A stretch of 64,000 bases of DNA. It comes from Actinomycetota bacterium. GTDB taxonomy: Bacteria > Actinomycetota > Acidimicrobiia > IMCC26256 > PALSA-555. The notes beneath the pieces were generated by a model. That model searched no databases, was not told the origin of the DNA, and saw nothing but the letters and a program-made list of their open reading frames with translations. The translations under genes were made by a program, and so were the position numbers. Positions within the stretch are counted from its first letter, which is position 1. Every line of letters starts with the position of its first letter. The stretch lies in contig PLJD01000077.1 in the NCBI GenBank assembly GCA_003140175.1, forward strand, positions 29,141-93,140, written 5' to 3'. Shown here piece after piece: positions 48,132 through 56,349 of this stretch.

Positions 48132-48701
48132 TCAGGCGGCCGGAGGCGTCGCCAGGATCCCCTCGATCTCGATCGCGACCTGGATGCGCTCGCCGAGAAC
48201 GACGCCCCCACCCTCCAGGGGCATGTTGAACTCGATGCCGAAGTCGCGGCGGTCGATCTCAGTAGTGGCCGAGAAGCCAGCGCGGGTGTCGCCGAACGGG
48301 GTGTTGGCCTGGAAGCCGTTGATCTCCAACCGCAGGGGGACGGCCCGGGTCACACCGTGGAGGCTGAGCTCACCGTCGACGACGAATGCATCCCCGTCCT
48401 CGCGGATGCCCGTCGAGCGATAGGTCATGGTCGGGAATTTCTCGACCTCGAAGAAGTCGGCGGAGCGGATGTGGGCGTCCCGGTCCGGGTTGTCCGTGTC
48501 GATCGAGGCCAGCTCGACCGTCGCGGTGACGGACGAGTCGAGGGGGTTCTCGGCGGTCACGATCTGGGCGTCGAACTTCCGGAAGTGGCCCCGGACCTTG
48601 CTCACCATCAGGTGACGGACCGCGAACGAGACGTCCGAATGGACGGGGTCGACTTTCCAGGTGCCAGCGAGATAACCGGGCAGAACCGTGGTGGTTGCCA
48701 T
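48132..48701 (-). CDS. YceI-family periplasmic/lipid-binding protein
   Basis: Track ORF trimmed to ATG 48701. Contains WKVDPVHSDVSFAVRHLMVSKVRGHF, IDTDNPDRDAHIRSADFF and HGVTRAVPL. Confidence 0.9.
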   Translation of the reverse strand: MATTTVLPGYLAGTWKVDPVHSDVSFAVRHLMVSKVRGHFRKFDAQIVTAENPLDSSVTATVELASIDTDNPDRDAHIRSADFFEVEKFPTMTYRSTGIREDGDAFVVDGELSLHGVTRAVPLRLEINGFQANTPFGDTRAGFSATTEIDRRDFGIEFNMPLEGGGVVLGERIQVAIEIEGILATPPAA

Positions 48702-48870
48702 GATGCGTCCTTTAGTTGAGCGATGAACTATTGAACTCAACACTAGCCCATCTGATTGAAAGGTCAAGTAATTTGGCCCGCGGAACGGCCCCATTGGGCC
48801 GCGCCCGAACCGGGGCCCCCGGCCGAGCCGCTCACGCCCGCGTCCGCGGCGAGCGCAGCCGACGCAGCGA

Positions 48871-49091
48871 TTGGAGCTGGCGGACACCCACCTGCTCGGC
48901 GCGCTGGCCGACCAGGCCGAGCTGGCCGGCATCGAGCTGCGCCGGGTCAACGAGCGCGGCACCGCCAGCCACTGCCCCAATGCCACGAGTGGGTCCCCAA
49001 ACCCGCCGGGCGCAACTTCTCGTGTCCTCACCGTGGACACCGCGGGCATCGCGATCTCATCGCGGCTCGAAACATCGCCGCCCTGGGCGGC
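48871..49091 (+). mobile_element. Remnant of a TnpB (IS200/IS605 OrfB) gene: C-terminal RuvC-III / zinc-ribbon region only
   Basis: ALADQAELAGIELRRVNERGTASHCP is followed, after a 1-nt frame change at CCCC 48975-48978, by QCHEWVPKPAGRNFSCPHRGHRGHRDLIAARNIAALGG. This matches the YKAE.AG..V..V....TSq.Cp.CG....R.F.C..CG...DRDlnAA.NI pattern. One zinc Cys is replaced by Arg. The N-terminal ~280 aa are absent, since yceI occupies that space. Confidence 0.45.
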
Positions 49092-49319
49092 GAACCACCA
49101 GCACCCGTGCTGGTCCAGCACCGTCGCGTCGGAACCCCGACCCAGCGACGTGACCGACGCCGCCACCAACTCGACCGGCGTCGATCCTGCCCCGCCTCGG
49201 GCCGCCCCGCCCCACCCGGCGAGGAGTCGCTCGCAGCCAACAACACCAACTGCGAGGATCAGCCAACCACACCGCCCAACAGGGCAGCGTTGCCTGATGA
49301 CGCACTAAGTTGCCGTCCG

Positions 49320-49338
49320 GGCACCAGGTCCTGGTGCC
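49320..49338. repeat. Perfect 19-nt palindrome GGCACCAGG-T-CCTGGTGCC
   Basis: Read from the sequence. It lies ~230 nt downstream of the TnpB remnant and 10 nt upstream of the AAGGAG RBS of ORF 49359. Confidence 0.85.
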
Positions 49339-49358
49339 GACCCCAGCAAGGAGCAGGT

Positions 49359-49667
49359 ATGGCAAGCCAACCGCCGTCGAGCGCGATCGAGATCACCGCG
49401 AAGTTCTTCCCCCTCGCGTTCATCCTCTTCTTGTTCCCGCCGACGTTCGTCGTCGACGGTCAGGCCATGAAGGGCAAGTGGCGCACGCCGACCACGATTC
49501 CGGTGGCGGCCGGCAGCCACAGCGTGAAGGTCTTCTTCCGCTACCTCTTCATCATGGACGCCGGCAAGGGTGACGCGCAGGTCGACGTGGCCGAGGGCGC
49601 CGTGCGCCGGGTCGCCTACAAGGCCCCGTGGCTGGTGTTCCTGAAGGGGCGGATGACCGTCGCGTAG
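49359..49667 (+). CDS. Small membrane protein, function unknown
   Basis: ATG 49359 follows AAGGAG. One hydrophobic helix (ITAKFFPLAFILFLFPPTFVV) is followed by a ~70-aa beta-rich domain. Confidence 0.6.
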   Translation: MASQPPSSAIEITAKFFPLAFILFLFPPTFVVDGQAMKGKWRTPTTIPVAAGSHSVKVFFRYLFIMDAGKGDAQVDVAEGAVRRVAYKAPWLVFLKGRMTVA

Positions 49668-49801
49668 CTCTCCCGCCCGGTCGGTGACCACCGGCTCGCC
49701 CGGAGGGGCGGTGCCGCGTCGCCGACCGGGTGGACTGCCGACAGGGCCCGGACGCGGGTGGCCGCCACCGACGACGCGTCCAGGGGCCGGGTACGGACCC
49801 G

Positions 49802-50104
49802 TCAGTCGCTCGGCCGCTCGGTTGAGCCCTCTCGCGCCTCGCGATCACGGATCCAGGCGACCACCTCGTCGGCCTCTCCCTCGTCGTGATCGGCGAAGTA
49901 GGCCTCCAGCCAGCGCAGGATCTGGTCGTCGCTGAAACCGTCGTGCTCGAGGCGAGCCCGAACCTCGTTCTCGAGCATCCGCTCGGATTCGACCTTCTCG
50001 ATCGGCACCCGGGGGACCGAGACCCCCGCCTCGCTCGGAGACTCGGGCACGAGACCATCGTCACCCGACTGGCCGCCGGGACGGTTGGGATCAGACGGCG
50101 CCAT
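49802..50104 (-). CDS. Acidic hypothetical protein (100 aa)
   Basis: ATG 50104 follows GGAGGA with a 7-nt spacing. No recognisable family. Confidence 0.5.
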   Translation of the reverse strand: MAPSDPNRPGGQSGDDGLVPESPSEAGVSVPRVPIEKVESERMLENEVRARLEHDGFSDDQILRWLEAYFADHDEGEADEVVAWIRDREAREGSTERPSD

Positions 50105-50275
50105 GTCGGTTCCTCCGGCGTGCAGCAGGACCGGCGATGGCGCCGGCCGCCCGAGGATACGCCGGTGCCGTCGCCCGCCCGCCCGTCGAGCCCCGCCCCG
50201 CACTCGGTCCCAACCGCAGCTGGTCCGGACGCAGTCGGCGAGGACCCGGCGCCGGTCCCGCCCGGTCGCGGACTA

Positions 50276-50372
50276 CTCGGGCGTCGTTGACGGGTTCAAC
50301 GACGCCCGAGCGTCCGCCCGGCGAGTTGGGCTCGGCTCGCCGTGCCGGGGGAGCACCGTGGCGAGCCGAGCC
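50276..50372 (-). terminator. Two adjacent strong GC-rich hairpins downstream of the ketopantoate-reductase-like gene
   Basis: The first spans 50276-50310: a 15-bp perfect stem (CTCGGGCGTCGTTGA / TCAACGACGCCCGAG) with a 5-nt loop. The second spans 50329-50372: a 13-bp perfect stem (GGCTCGGCTCGCC / GGCGAGCCGAGCC). No U-tract is present, so they may be factor-independent I-shaped terminators or a structured RNA. Confidence 0.35.
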
Positions 50373-50513
50373 ACATCTGGAGATCGGGGGCGGGCAGCCT
50401 CGGCCGCGACGGCCGCACGCCCGGCGGACGGGACGGAGAACCGGAGGACCTGACGGCGCGCCGGAACTGCGGCGGGCTCACCGTGCACCGACCGCATTCC
50501 CACACGGAGGGCT

Positions 50514-51545
50514 CTACGGGTCGGACGCCCCCAGGGATTGCCCGGACGCCATGCCACCCGAGCGTGCCTCGGCGACCCCCAATGCTGCTGAGGCCAGCTG
50601 CTCCAGGGCGTCCGCCCCGGCGGGGTCCGGCACGATCCGGGCTCGAGCGTGCTCGTTGGCGAGGCGCTGCAAGAGGGCGTTCACTGGGGTCGGGACGCCG
50701 TGCAGACGGCCGAGGAGGACGATCTCCCCATTGAAGTAGTCGGCTTCGACGTTGCCGGTCTGGCGCATCATGCTCTGCCACGAGGAACCACCCCGGGGCT
50801 GGCCCGGCGTCGGGAGGGGCACGATGTCGGCCCGGCGGGCGGCGTCCTCCTCGGGAGACACGAAGTCGATCCCGGCCGCCACCAGGCACGCGACCCCCTC
50901 GCGCCACGCGAGTTCGAACACGGGCCCGCCGCGGGCGGCCGGCCCGGCGATGGCCTCGATTGCGTTGCCGAGATTCAAGAGCAGCTTGGCGTACTTCCAG
51001 CGCATGATGTCGGGCCGCGCCTGCGCAGCCAACCCCGCTGCGACCAACGACTCCGCCAACGCCAGCGCGACGTCATCGATCCCCCCGGGGTAGCGGCCGA
51101 CGTCGAAGATGCCCGCCACCGGTGCCCGGTACGCCTGGATCGCGCCGGGCCGGAGATGCGTGGCCGGGCACATCACGCACACGCCGTACACGTTCGTGAA
51201 CTGTCGGAGGGCCAGACGCTCGTTCTCGACCCCGTTCTGCACGCAGACCACAGGCGTGTCCACCGGCGCGACCCCGCGGAGTGCAGCGAGGACCTCAGCG
51301 GTGTGCTGGCTCTTCGTTGCCAGCAGCACGGCATCACCGCTCCGGAACTCGACCGAGCGGACGTCCTCCACCGAGGGAACACGAACAACAACCGTCGACT
51401 CAGGTCCCTCGATGCGCAGTCCGTCCTCGCGGACGACGCGGCCATGGTCGCCACGGGCCACGAGGAGGACCGTCTCGCCGCCCGCGTGGAGTCGAGCCCC
51501 CACTAGCCCACCGATCGCGCCCGCCCCGACCACGACCAAGCGCAT
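50514..51545 (-). CDS. Ketopantoate reductase (ApbA/PanE) family oxidoreductase
   Basis: Track ORF trimmed to ATG 51545. Contains MRLVVVGAGAIGG (Rossmann), LLATKS and KYAKLLLNLGNAIEA. Confidence 0.85.
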   Translation of the reverse strand: MRLVVVGAGAIGGLVGARLHAGGETVLLVARGDHGRVVREDGLRIEGPESTVVVRVPSVEDVRSVEFRSGDAVLLATKSQHTAEVLAALRGVAPVDTPVVCVQNGVENERLALRQFTNVYGVCVMCPATHLRPGAIQAYRAPVAGIFDVGRYPGGIDDVALALAESLVAAGLAAQARPDIMRWKYAKLLLNLGNAIEAIAGPAARGGPVFELAWREGVACLVAAGIDFVSPEEDAARRADIVPLPTPGQPRGGSSWQSMMRQTGNVEADYFNGEIVLLGRLHGVPTPVNALLQRLANEHARARIVPDPAGADALEQLASAALGVAEARSGGMASGQSLGASDP

Positions 51546-51663
51546 CCGCGAGTCTCGCACGCTCGATGCCGCGGTGAGCGAGCCCGCCGACTGCGCCCCT
51601 CGGCCGCGCCTGACTGGTTCCACCGGCCGGCCACCGCCTATTCCTCCGCGTCCTCGTCCTCAA

Positions 51664-51831
51664 TTTCCTTCCTCCTTCCTCCCTCCTCTTTTCTCTTTCT
51701 GGCTTGTCTCGGGCATGGTCCACGACGAGGGCCACGCTCGACGGGCTCGGGGTCCATGCCGCTGGCACGCGGCTTGGATGCCAATCCAGCGCCTCCCTGA
51801 CCGGGAAAAGAAGAAGAAGAGGAAGAAGAGG
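51664..51831. repeat. 37-nt homopyrimidine run (51664-51700) and 29-nt homopurine run (51803-51831) in inverted arrangement
   Basis: Read directly: TTTCCTTCCTCCTTCCTCCCTCCTCTTTTCTCTTTCT ... GGGAAAAGAAGAAGAAGAGGAAGAAGAGG. It contains the mirror repeat CCTCCTTCCTCC. I saw nothing comparable elsewhere in the window. Confidence 0.9.
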
Positions 51832-51995
51832 TGGTGTCTCGCAACGGGTAGAGCGCCCAAATGGGGTGGAACGCCGCGGGCTCGGTGCTGCGGAAGGGTG
51901 TTAATCGGGGCCGCAGCGCGACGTTCTAAAGGTGGGGCGGCGCCCGGTCGATCCCATCAATTGGGCCGCGTTACGCCCGCTGACCTCTCACCGCC
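51830..51995 (+). promoter_or_regulatory. Candidate structured 5' leader (riboswitch-like) of the lipoprotein/DUF1906 operon
   Basis: GGUGGUG (51830-51836) can pair with CACCGCC (51989-51995), closing a ~166-nt segment. That segment has internal GC stems and two similar GGGGUGGAAC / GGGUGUUAAUC motifs, plus CCCGCUGACCUC near the 3' side. From memory this is reminiscent of the ydaO-type (cyclic-di-AMP) class. Not verified. Confidence 0.3.
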
Positions 51996-52034
51996 TACCC
52001 TCGGGGGCCTCAGGCTCGTGGTTGCCCGCCGCAC

Positions 52035-52658
52035 ATGACACCGCTTCGCCATCCTCGCCGCTCGTTCGCCGCGCTCGCCGCGACGCTCGTCAGTGGCGTC
52101 GCGCTCGCGGCGTGCGGTGGCGGATCTGGGCCGAGCGTCGCGTCACCCGGTGCGCAAGCGGGCCAGACGGTGACGACCGCGACCACCACGCCGGCCAGCA
52201 CCACCACCAGCGTCCCCAACACCGTCGCCCCGGCCACGACGCCGACGACCGCCGTGCCGGCGGGCGAGCAGCTCGTGACTTACTCCGGCTTGCAGTTCGA
52301 GGTTCCCAGCAGCTGGCCGGTGTATCAGCTGAGCAGCGACCCGAACCGTTGCGTCCGCTTCGACGTCCACGCCACGTACCTCGGCGCGGAGGGACCGGCC
52401 CCCCTGTGCCCGGCCATGCTGGTCGGACGCACCGAGGCCGTACAGGTCGAGCCGCTGAACACCCAGACCCAGGCTGCCCAGATCGCCACCGCCGCCCAGA
52501 CCCTCAACGGCCTGGCCGTGCGCGTCGACCCGAACGCGGCCACGAACTCTGCGGACACCGTGGTGTTCCCGGACCAGGGGCTCGTGGCCATCATCACGTT
52601 CCGGTCCGACCCTGCTGTGGCCGCCCAGATCCTGCAGAGCTTCCAGCGTGCCTCGTAG
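52035..52658 (+). CDS. Lipoprotein, function unknown
   Basis: Signal peptide with a canonical lipobox (VALAAC), a Thr/Pro-rich linker, and a ~130-aa C-terminal domain with two Cys. Confidence 0.7.
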   Translation: MTPLRHPRRSFAALAATLVSGVALAACGGGSGPSVASPGAQAGQTVTTATTTPASTTTSVPNTVAPATTPTTAVPAGEQLVTYSGLQFEVPSSWPVYQLSSDPNRCVRFDVHATYLGAEGPAPLCPAMLVGRTEAVQVEPLNTQTQAAQIATAAQTLNGLAVRVDPNAATNSADTVVFPDQGLVAIITFRSDPAVAAQILQSFQRAS

Positions 52659-53472
52659 CCTGCGCCGGTTCCCTGGCCGCCTCACCGTGCTGGGCGGTGT
52701 CGTGGCCGCGATTGCCCTCGCCGCCTGCCGGCCCGTCGCGCCACCACCGCCGCCCGGTGTCGCCGTAGGCCAAGGCTTCGACACCTGTGCCGCGCCGTCC
52801 GCGTCGACGATGGCGGCCTGGACCGGCACGTCTGGGTACGGCAGCATCGGGATCTACCTCGGCGGGCAGAACCGGGGGTGCAGTCAGCAGAACCTCACCG
52901 CGTCGTGGGTGAGCACGGTCACCCACGACGGCTGGCGTCTCGCCCCGCTCTACGTCGGCCTCCAAGCGCCGTGCAACGCTTACCTCAACTTCGCCACGAT
53001 GAGCACCGACCCCACCACGGCCTATAACCAGGGGGTTGCGGCGGCAGATCAGGCGGTGTCCGAGGCGAGTGGGCTCGGGCTCGGTGGCGGCACGCCGATC
53101 TACTTCGACATGGAGGCCTACAACTGCGGGGGCTACGGCAGCACCGACACCAACGCGGTGATGGACTTCGTCAACGGCTGGGTCCTGGAGATCGCCAACC
53201 GGGGCTACGTCTCGGGTTACTACTCGAGCGCCGCGAGCGGGATCGCCGACCAGGTCACCGACGTCAACAACGGCGGCCCCTGGCATTGGCCGAACGACAT
53301 CTGGTTCGCGGACTGGAACAGCGTCGCGACCACCACCAACAACCCGTACATCCCCAACAACTATTGGGTGAACCAGCGCCTCCACCAGTACATGGGTGGC
53401 CACAACGAGACCCACGGCGGCGCGACGCTCGACATCGACAGCGACGCCAACGGCGGGCAGCTCGCCGGGTAG
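52648..53472 (+). CDS. DUF1906 (Rv2525c-like glycoside-hydrolase-like) lipoprotein
   Basis: GTG 52648 overlaps the upstream gene by 11 nt. Lipobox IALAAC. Contains GQGFDTCAAPS, IGIYLGG, APLYVGLQAPC, IYFDMEAY and GYYSSA. Confidence 0.8.
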   Translation: MPRSLRRFPGRLTVLGGVVAAIALAACRPVAPPPPPGVAVGQGFDTCAAPSASTMAAWTGTSGYGSIGIYLGGQNRGCSQQNLTASWVSTVTHDGWRLAPLYVGLQAPCNAYLNFATMSTDPTTAYNQGVAAADQAVSEASGLGLGGGTPIYFDMEAYNCGGYGSTDTNAVMDFVNGWVLEIANRGYVSGYYSSAASGIADQVTDVNNGGPWHWPNDIWFADWNSVATTTNNPYIPNNYWVNQRLHQYMGGHNETHGGATLDIDSDANGGQLAG

Positions 53473-53606
53473 CGAGGCTCCCAAGGCGGGATCAGCGGGG
53501 CCGCATCCCTCGCCGTGATCTCACGTCGGCGAGTCGGTGGCGCGGCTGATGGACGCGCGGCACCCTCCCGGCGCGTTGGGCGCGCGGTCGGGCGAACCAG
53601 CGGACA

Positions 53607-54488
53607 TCAGGTCCGAGCGCGGCCCGGGCTCGTGACGAGGCGTCGTCCGGTGGCGGTCGCGGCCGCGAGGACGTAGCAGGCCGTCGCCACGGCGAGGATC
53701 CCGAAGCTGGGCGGCACCTGGGGCGCGGCGTACGCGATCGAGAGGCCGATCCACACCGAGAGCACCGCGATCCCCGCCGAGAGCCACAGGGCGCGGAACG
53801 GCCGCGCCGTGAGCTGCTGGGCGGCCCCGGCGGGCGCGGCCAGCAGGCCGAGGAGGAGCAGGGCCCCGACTGCTTGGGAGGCCTCGCCGGCGGTCACTCC
53901 GACCAAGATGAGGAAACCGAACCCGAGCGTCCGGGTGGGGACACCGCGGGCGCTCGCCACCGCCTCGTCCACGCTGGCAAAGAGCAGCGGACGGGCGACC
54001 ACGACCACGGCGACGGCCACGGCGAGCGCGAGCAGGGCGTCGGTCAGCGCGCCGGCGAACGACAGCCCGAAGATCGAACCGAACAGGACGTTCACGCCGG
54101 TGGTCGCGTTCACGCCGCTGCTCGACGTCGTATACACGGTCAAGAACAACGCGCCGAGGCCGAGCACCCAGGCGAACACGCTGCCGACGACGGTGTCGTC
54201 GGCGCGGGCCCGGGCGCCCAGCGCCGCCATGAGCACCGCGAAGACGACGCAGGCTCCGTAGAGACCGGCCCGCACGTCGATGCCGAAGGCGAGCGCGGCC
54301 AGGGCGCCGGTGAAGGCCACGTGCGAGAGGGCATCGCCGGTGAAGACCTGGCCTCGGAGCACCACGAAGTAGCCGACGAGCCCCGAGGCCAGCGCGATCC
54401 CGGTCCCTGCGAGGAAGGCGTACCGGAGAAACGGGTGCCCGAGCATGTGGGCGATGCCGGAAAACGGGTTGGCGAACCCGACGATCAA
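53607..54488 (-). CDS. Metal ABC transporter permease (ABC-3 family, ZnuB/MntB/TroD-like)
   Basis: Contains FLRYAFLAGTGIALASGLVGYFVVLRGQVFTGDALSHVAF, the typical ABC-3 N-terminal pattern. About 8 TM helices. Confidence 0.9.
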   Translation of the reverse strand: MIVGFANPFSGIAHMLGHPFLRYAFLAGTGIALASGLVGYFVVLRGQVFTGDALSHVAFTGALAALAFGIDVRAGLYGACVVFAVLMAALGARARADDTVVGSVFAWVLGLGALFLTVYTTSSSGVNATTGVNVLFGSIFGLSFAGALTDALLALAVAVAVVVVARPLLFASVDEAVASARGVPTRTLGFGFLILVGVTAGEASQAVGALLLLGLLAAPAGAAQQLTARPFRALWLSAGIAVLSVWIGLSIAYAAPQVPPSFGILAVATACYVLAAATATGRRLVTSPGRART

Positions 54489-55393
54489 CGGGTCACCGCC
54501 GGGGTCGCCCGGCGTCGGGTTCCGGCCCAGGTGATGAGCGCTCGGCCCGAAGCGGCCAGCACGTAGCCGGCGAAGCCGAAGGTGGTGACGTAGAACCCGA
54601 CGGGATAAACGGAGAAGTAGGCGACACCGAGTCCGAGCCAGACGATCACGAGCGCGAGGACGACGCTGAGCCCGAGGCTCACCGCGGGGCGGGCGGTGAG
54701 CTGTTGCGCGGTGGCCGCGGGCATGACGAGCAGGGCGAAGACCAGGAGCGCGCCGGTGATCTGGCTGACCTCAGCCGCGGCGCAGCCCAACAGCACGAGG
54801 AACACGATCGAGAGGAGCCGGGTCGGCACGCCGCGGGTGGCCGCGACGTCGGTGTCCACGGTGGCGAAGAGCAGCATCCGCCCGACGAGCGCCAACGTGG
54901 CGAGCACGACCACCGCGACTGCCAGGAGGGTCAGCACCTGGCGGTCGGAGACCCCGAGGAATGTCCCGAAGAGGTACCCGTTCAAGCTGTCGAGGAAGCC
55001 GCCGTACAGACTCACGAAGAGGACACCGCAGGCCAACGCGAACGCCTGGGCGGTGCCGATGACCGCGGACTGGTTGGTGTAGCCCCGGCCGCGGCCGGTC
55101 CCCGGGACCGCGGCGATGACCAGCGCGCCCGCGATGCTGGCCGCGAAATACCCCGCGGTCGCGCTGACGCCGAGGAGGGTCGCGCCCGCCGCTCCGGGGA
55201 ACGAGATCACGGCCAAGGTGTGCCCGGCGAAGCTCTGGCGTCGCAGCACCATGAACCAGCCGACCGAACCGGCGAGGATCGCCACGATCGTCCCCGCCGC
55301 CAGCGCGTTGACCATGAAGTGCTGCGCGAACAGCTGGCGCACGTCGTCGGCCACGTTCCAGCTCAGCCCGGTCGCGCCGGCGCTTGGGATCAT
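54485..55393 (-). CDS. Metal ABC transporter permease (ABC-3 family), second subunit
   Basis: Contains FMVNALAAGTIVAILAGSVGWFMVLRRQSFAGHTLAVISFPG. It has 4-nt overlaps with both neighbours. Confidence 0.9.
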   Translation of the reverse strand: MIPSAGATGLSWNVADDVRQLFAQHFMVNALAAGTIVAILAGSVGWFMVLRRQSFAGHTLAVISFPGAAGATLLGVSATAGYFAASIAGALVIAAVPGTGRGRGYTNQSAVIGTAQAFALACGVLFVSLYGGFLDSLNGYLFGTFLGVSDRQVLTLLAVAVVVLATLALVGRMLLFATVDTDVAATRGVPTRLLSIVFLVLLGCAAAEVSQITGALLVFALLVMPAATAQQLTARPAVSLGLSVVLALVIVWLGLGVAYFSVYPVGFYVTTFGFAGYVLAASGRALITWAGTRRRATPAVTR

Positions 55394-56349
55394 GGTCGCT
55401 CGTGGGTCCGACCCGTGTGACGGTCGCTGTGGTGGGCGGGGGCCTCGGGATGGCCCACCACCACCAGGCCACCGTCGGAGGTGTGCAGCACCTCGATCGG
55501 GGTGCCGTACAGCTGGCTGAGCGTCTCGGAGGTGATGACCTCGGACGGCGGACCGCTCAGCGCGCGACCGCGCGCCAGGTACACGACGCGGTCGAGGTAG
55601 CTCAGGATCGGGTTCACATCGTGGGCCACGATCAGCACCGTGATGCCCCGGTCTCGGCAGATTCCTGAGATCACCGCAGCGATCGCCGCCTGGTTGGGAA
55701 GGTCGAGGCTGTCGAGGGGCTCGTCGAGGAGGAGGAGCTCAGGGTCGTGGACGAGGGCCTGCGCGATGAGCAGGCGTTGCTGCTCTCCACCGGAGGTCTG
55801 TCCGATCGGGCGGGTCGCGTAGCTGGTGGCGCCGACGAGCTCGAGCACCTCGGCGACCCGTTCGCGGTCGCGGCGACGGGACCCGCGGAACCGGTCGGCC
55901 ACCGGCAGTGGTGTGCCCCAGCGGTTCCCGTCCAGGCCGAGGCGGACGATGTCGACGCCCCGGACGCGCAGCGACGCGTCGAAGCTTCGACGCTGGGGCA
56001 GGTAGCCGATCCGTCTCCCCGCCTGTCCGGGGGGGAGGCCGAGGACGCTCGCCTCGCCGTGCGAGAGCGCGTGGACGCCGAGGATCGCCTTGATCAGGGT
56101 CGACTTACCGGCGCCGTTCGGTCCCACGACCGCCACGAACTCCCCCGGCGCCACCTCCAGGGAGACCCCCGACCAGATCGTCTGGGCGCGCAGCCGCACC
56201 GCGGCGTCGCGGAAGCACACCGCGCTCGTCGGTCCCTCCGACGTCGCGGGGGACGGCGGCGTCGTGGTGGGGGAGGGTGGCGCGTGCCCGGAGGTCGCCG
56301 CGCCAGGTTCGGTCGGCCCGCCGGGTTGGGAGCGAGCGGCGTCGTTCAA
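55390..56349 (-). CDS. Metal ABC transporter ATP-binding protein (ZnuC/MntA/TroB-like)
   Basis: Contains GPNGAGKSTL, SGGEQQRLLIAQAL and LLLLDEPLDSLD. The start is uncertain: TTG 56349 overlapping the SBP stop, a later GTG, or the track start 56415. The N-terminal ~70 aa are Pro-rich. Confidence 0.85.
   Translation of the reverse strand: MNDAARSQPGGPTEPGAATSGHAPPSPTTTPPSPATSEGPTSAVCFRDAAVRLRAQTIWSGVSLEVAPGEFVAVVGPNGAGKSTLIKAILGVHALSHGEASVLGLPPGQAGRRIGYLPQRRSFDASLRVRGVDIVRLGLDGNRWGTPLPVADRFRGSRRRDRERVAEVLELVGATSYATRPIGQTSGGEQQRLLIAQALVHDPELLLLDEPLDSLDLPNQAAIAAVISGICRDRGITVLIVAHDVNPILSYLDRVVYLARGRALSGPPSEVITSETLSQLYGTPIEVLHTSDGGLVVVGHPEAPAHHSDRHTGRTHERP

Noticed and set aside
48756-49667. 303-aa track ORF as one protein
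   Set aside because: It is a composite. The first part is read-through of the TnpB remnant and spacer. Only the last 102 codons (from ATG 49359, with an AAGGAG RBS) look like a real gene.
51664-51831. One long CU/GA hairpin pairing the pyrimidine and purine tracts
   Set aside because: I checked registers by hand. Even allowing G-U pairs, only about 9 consecutive base pairs form (UCUUUUCUC/GGGAAAAGA). Other registers place many A opposite C.
51638-51904. Small ORFs in the tract region (66-68 aa on both strands)
   Set aside because: The translations are homopolymeric (poly-Ser, poly-Phe, Lys/Glu/Arg runs), driven by the low-complexity DNA, and there is no RBS.
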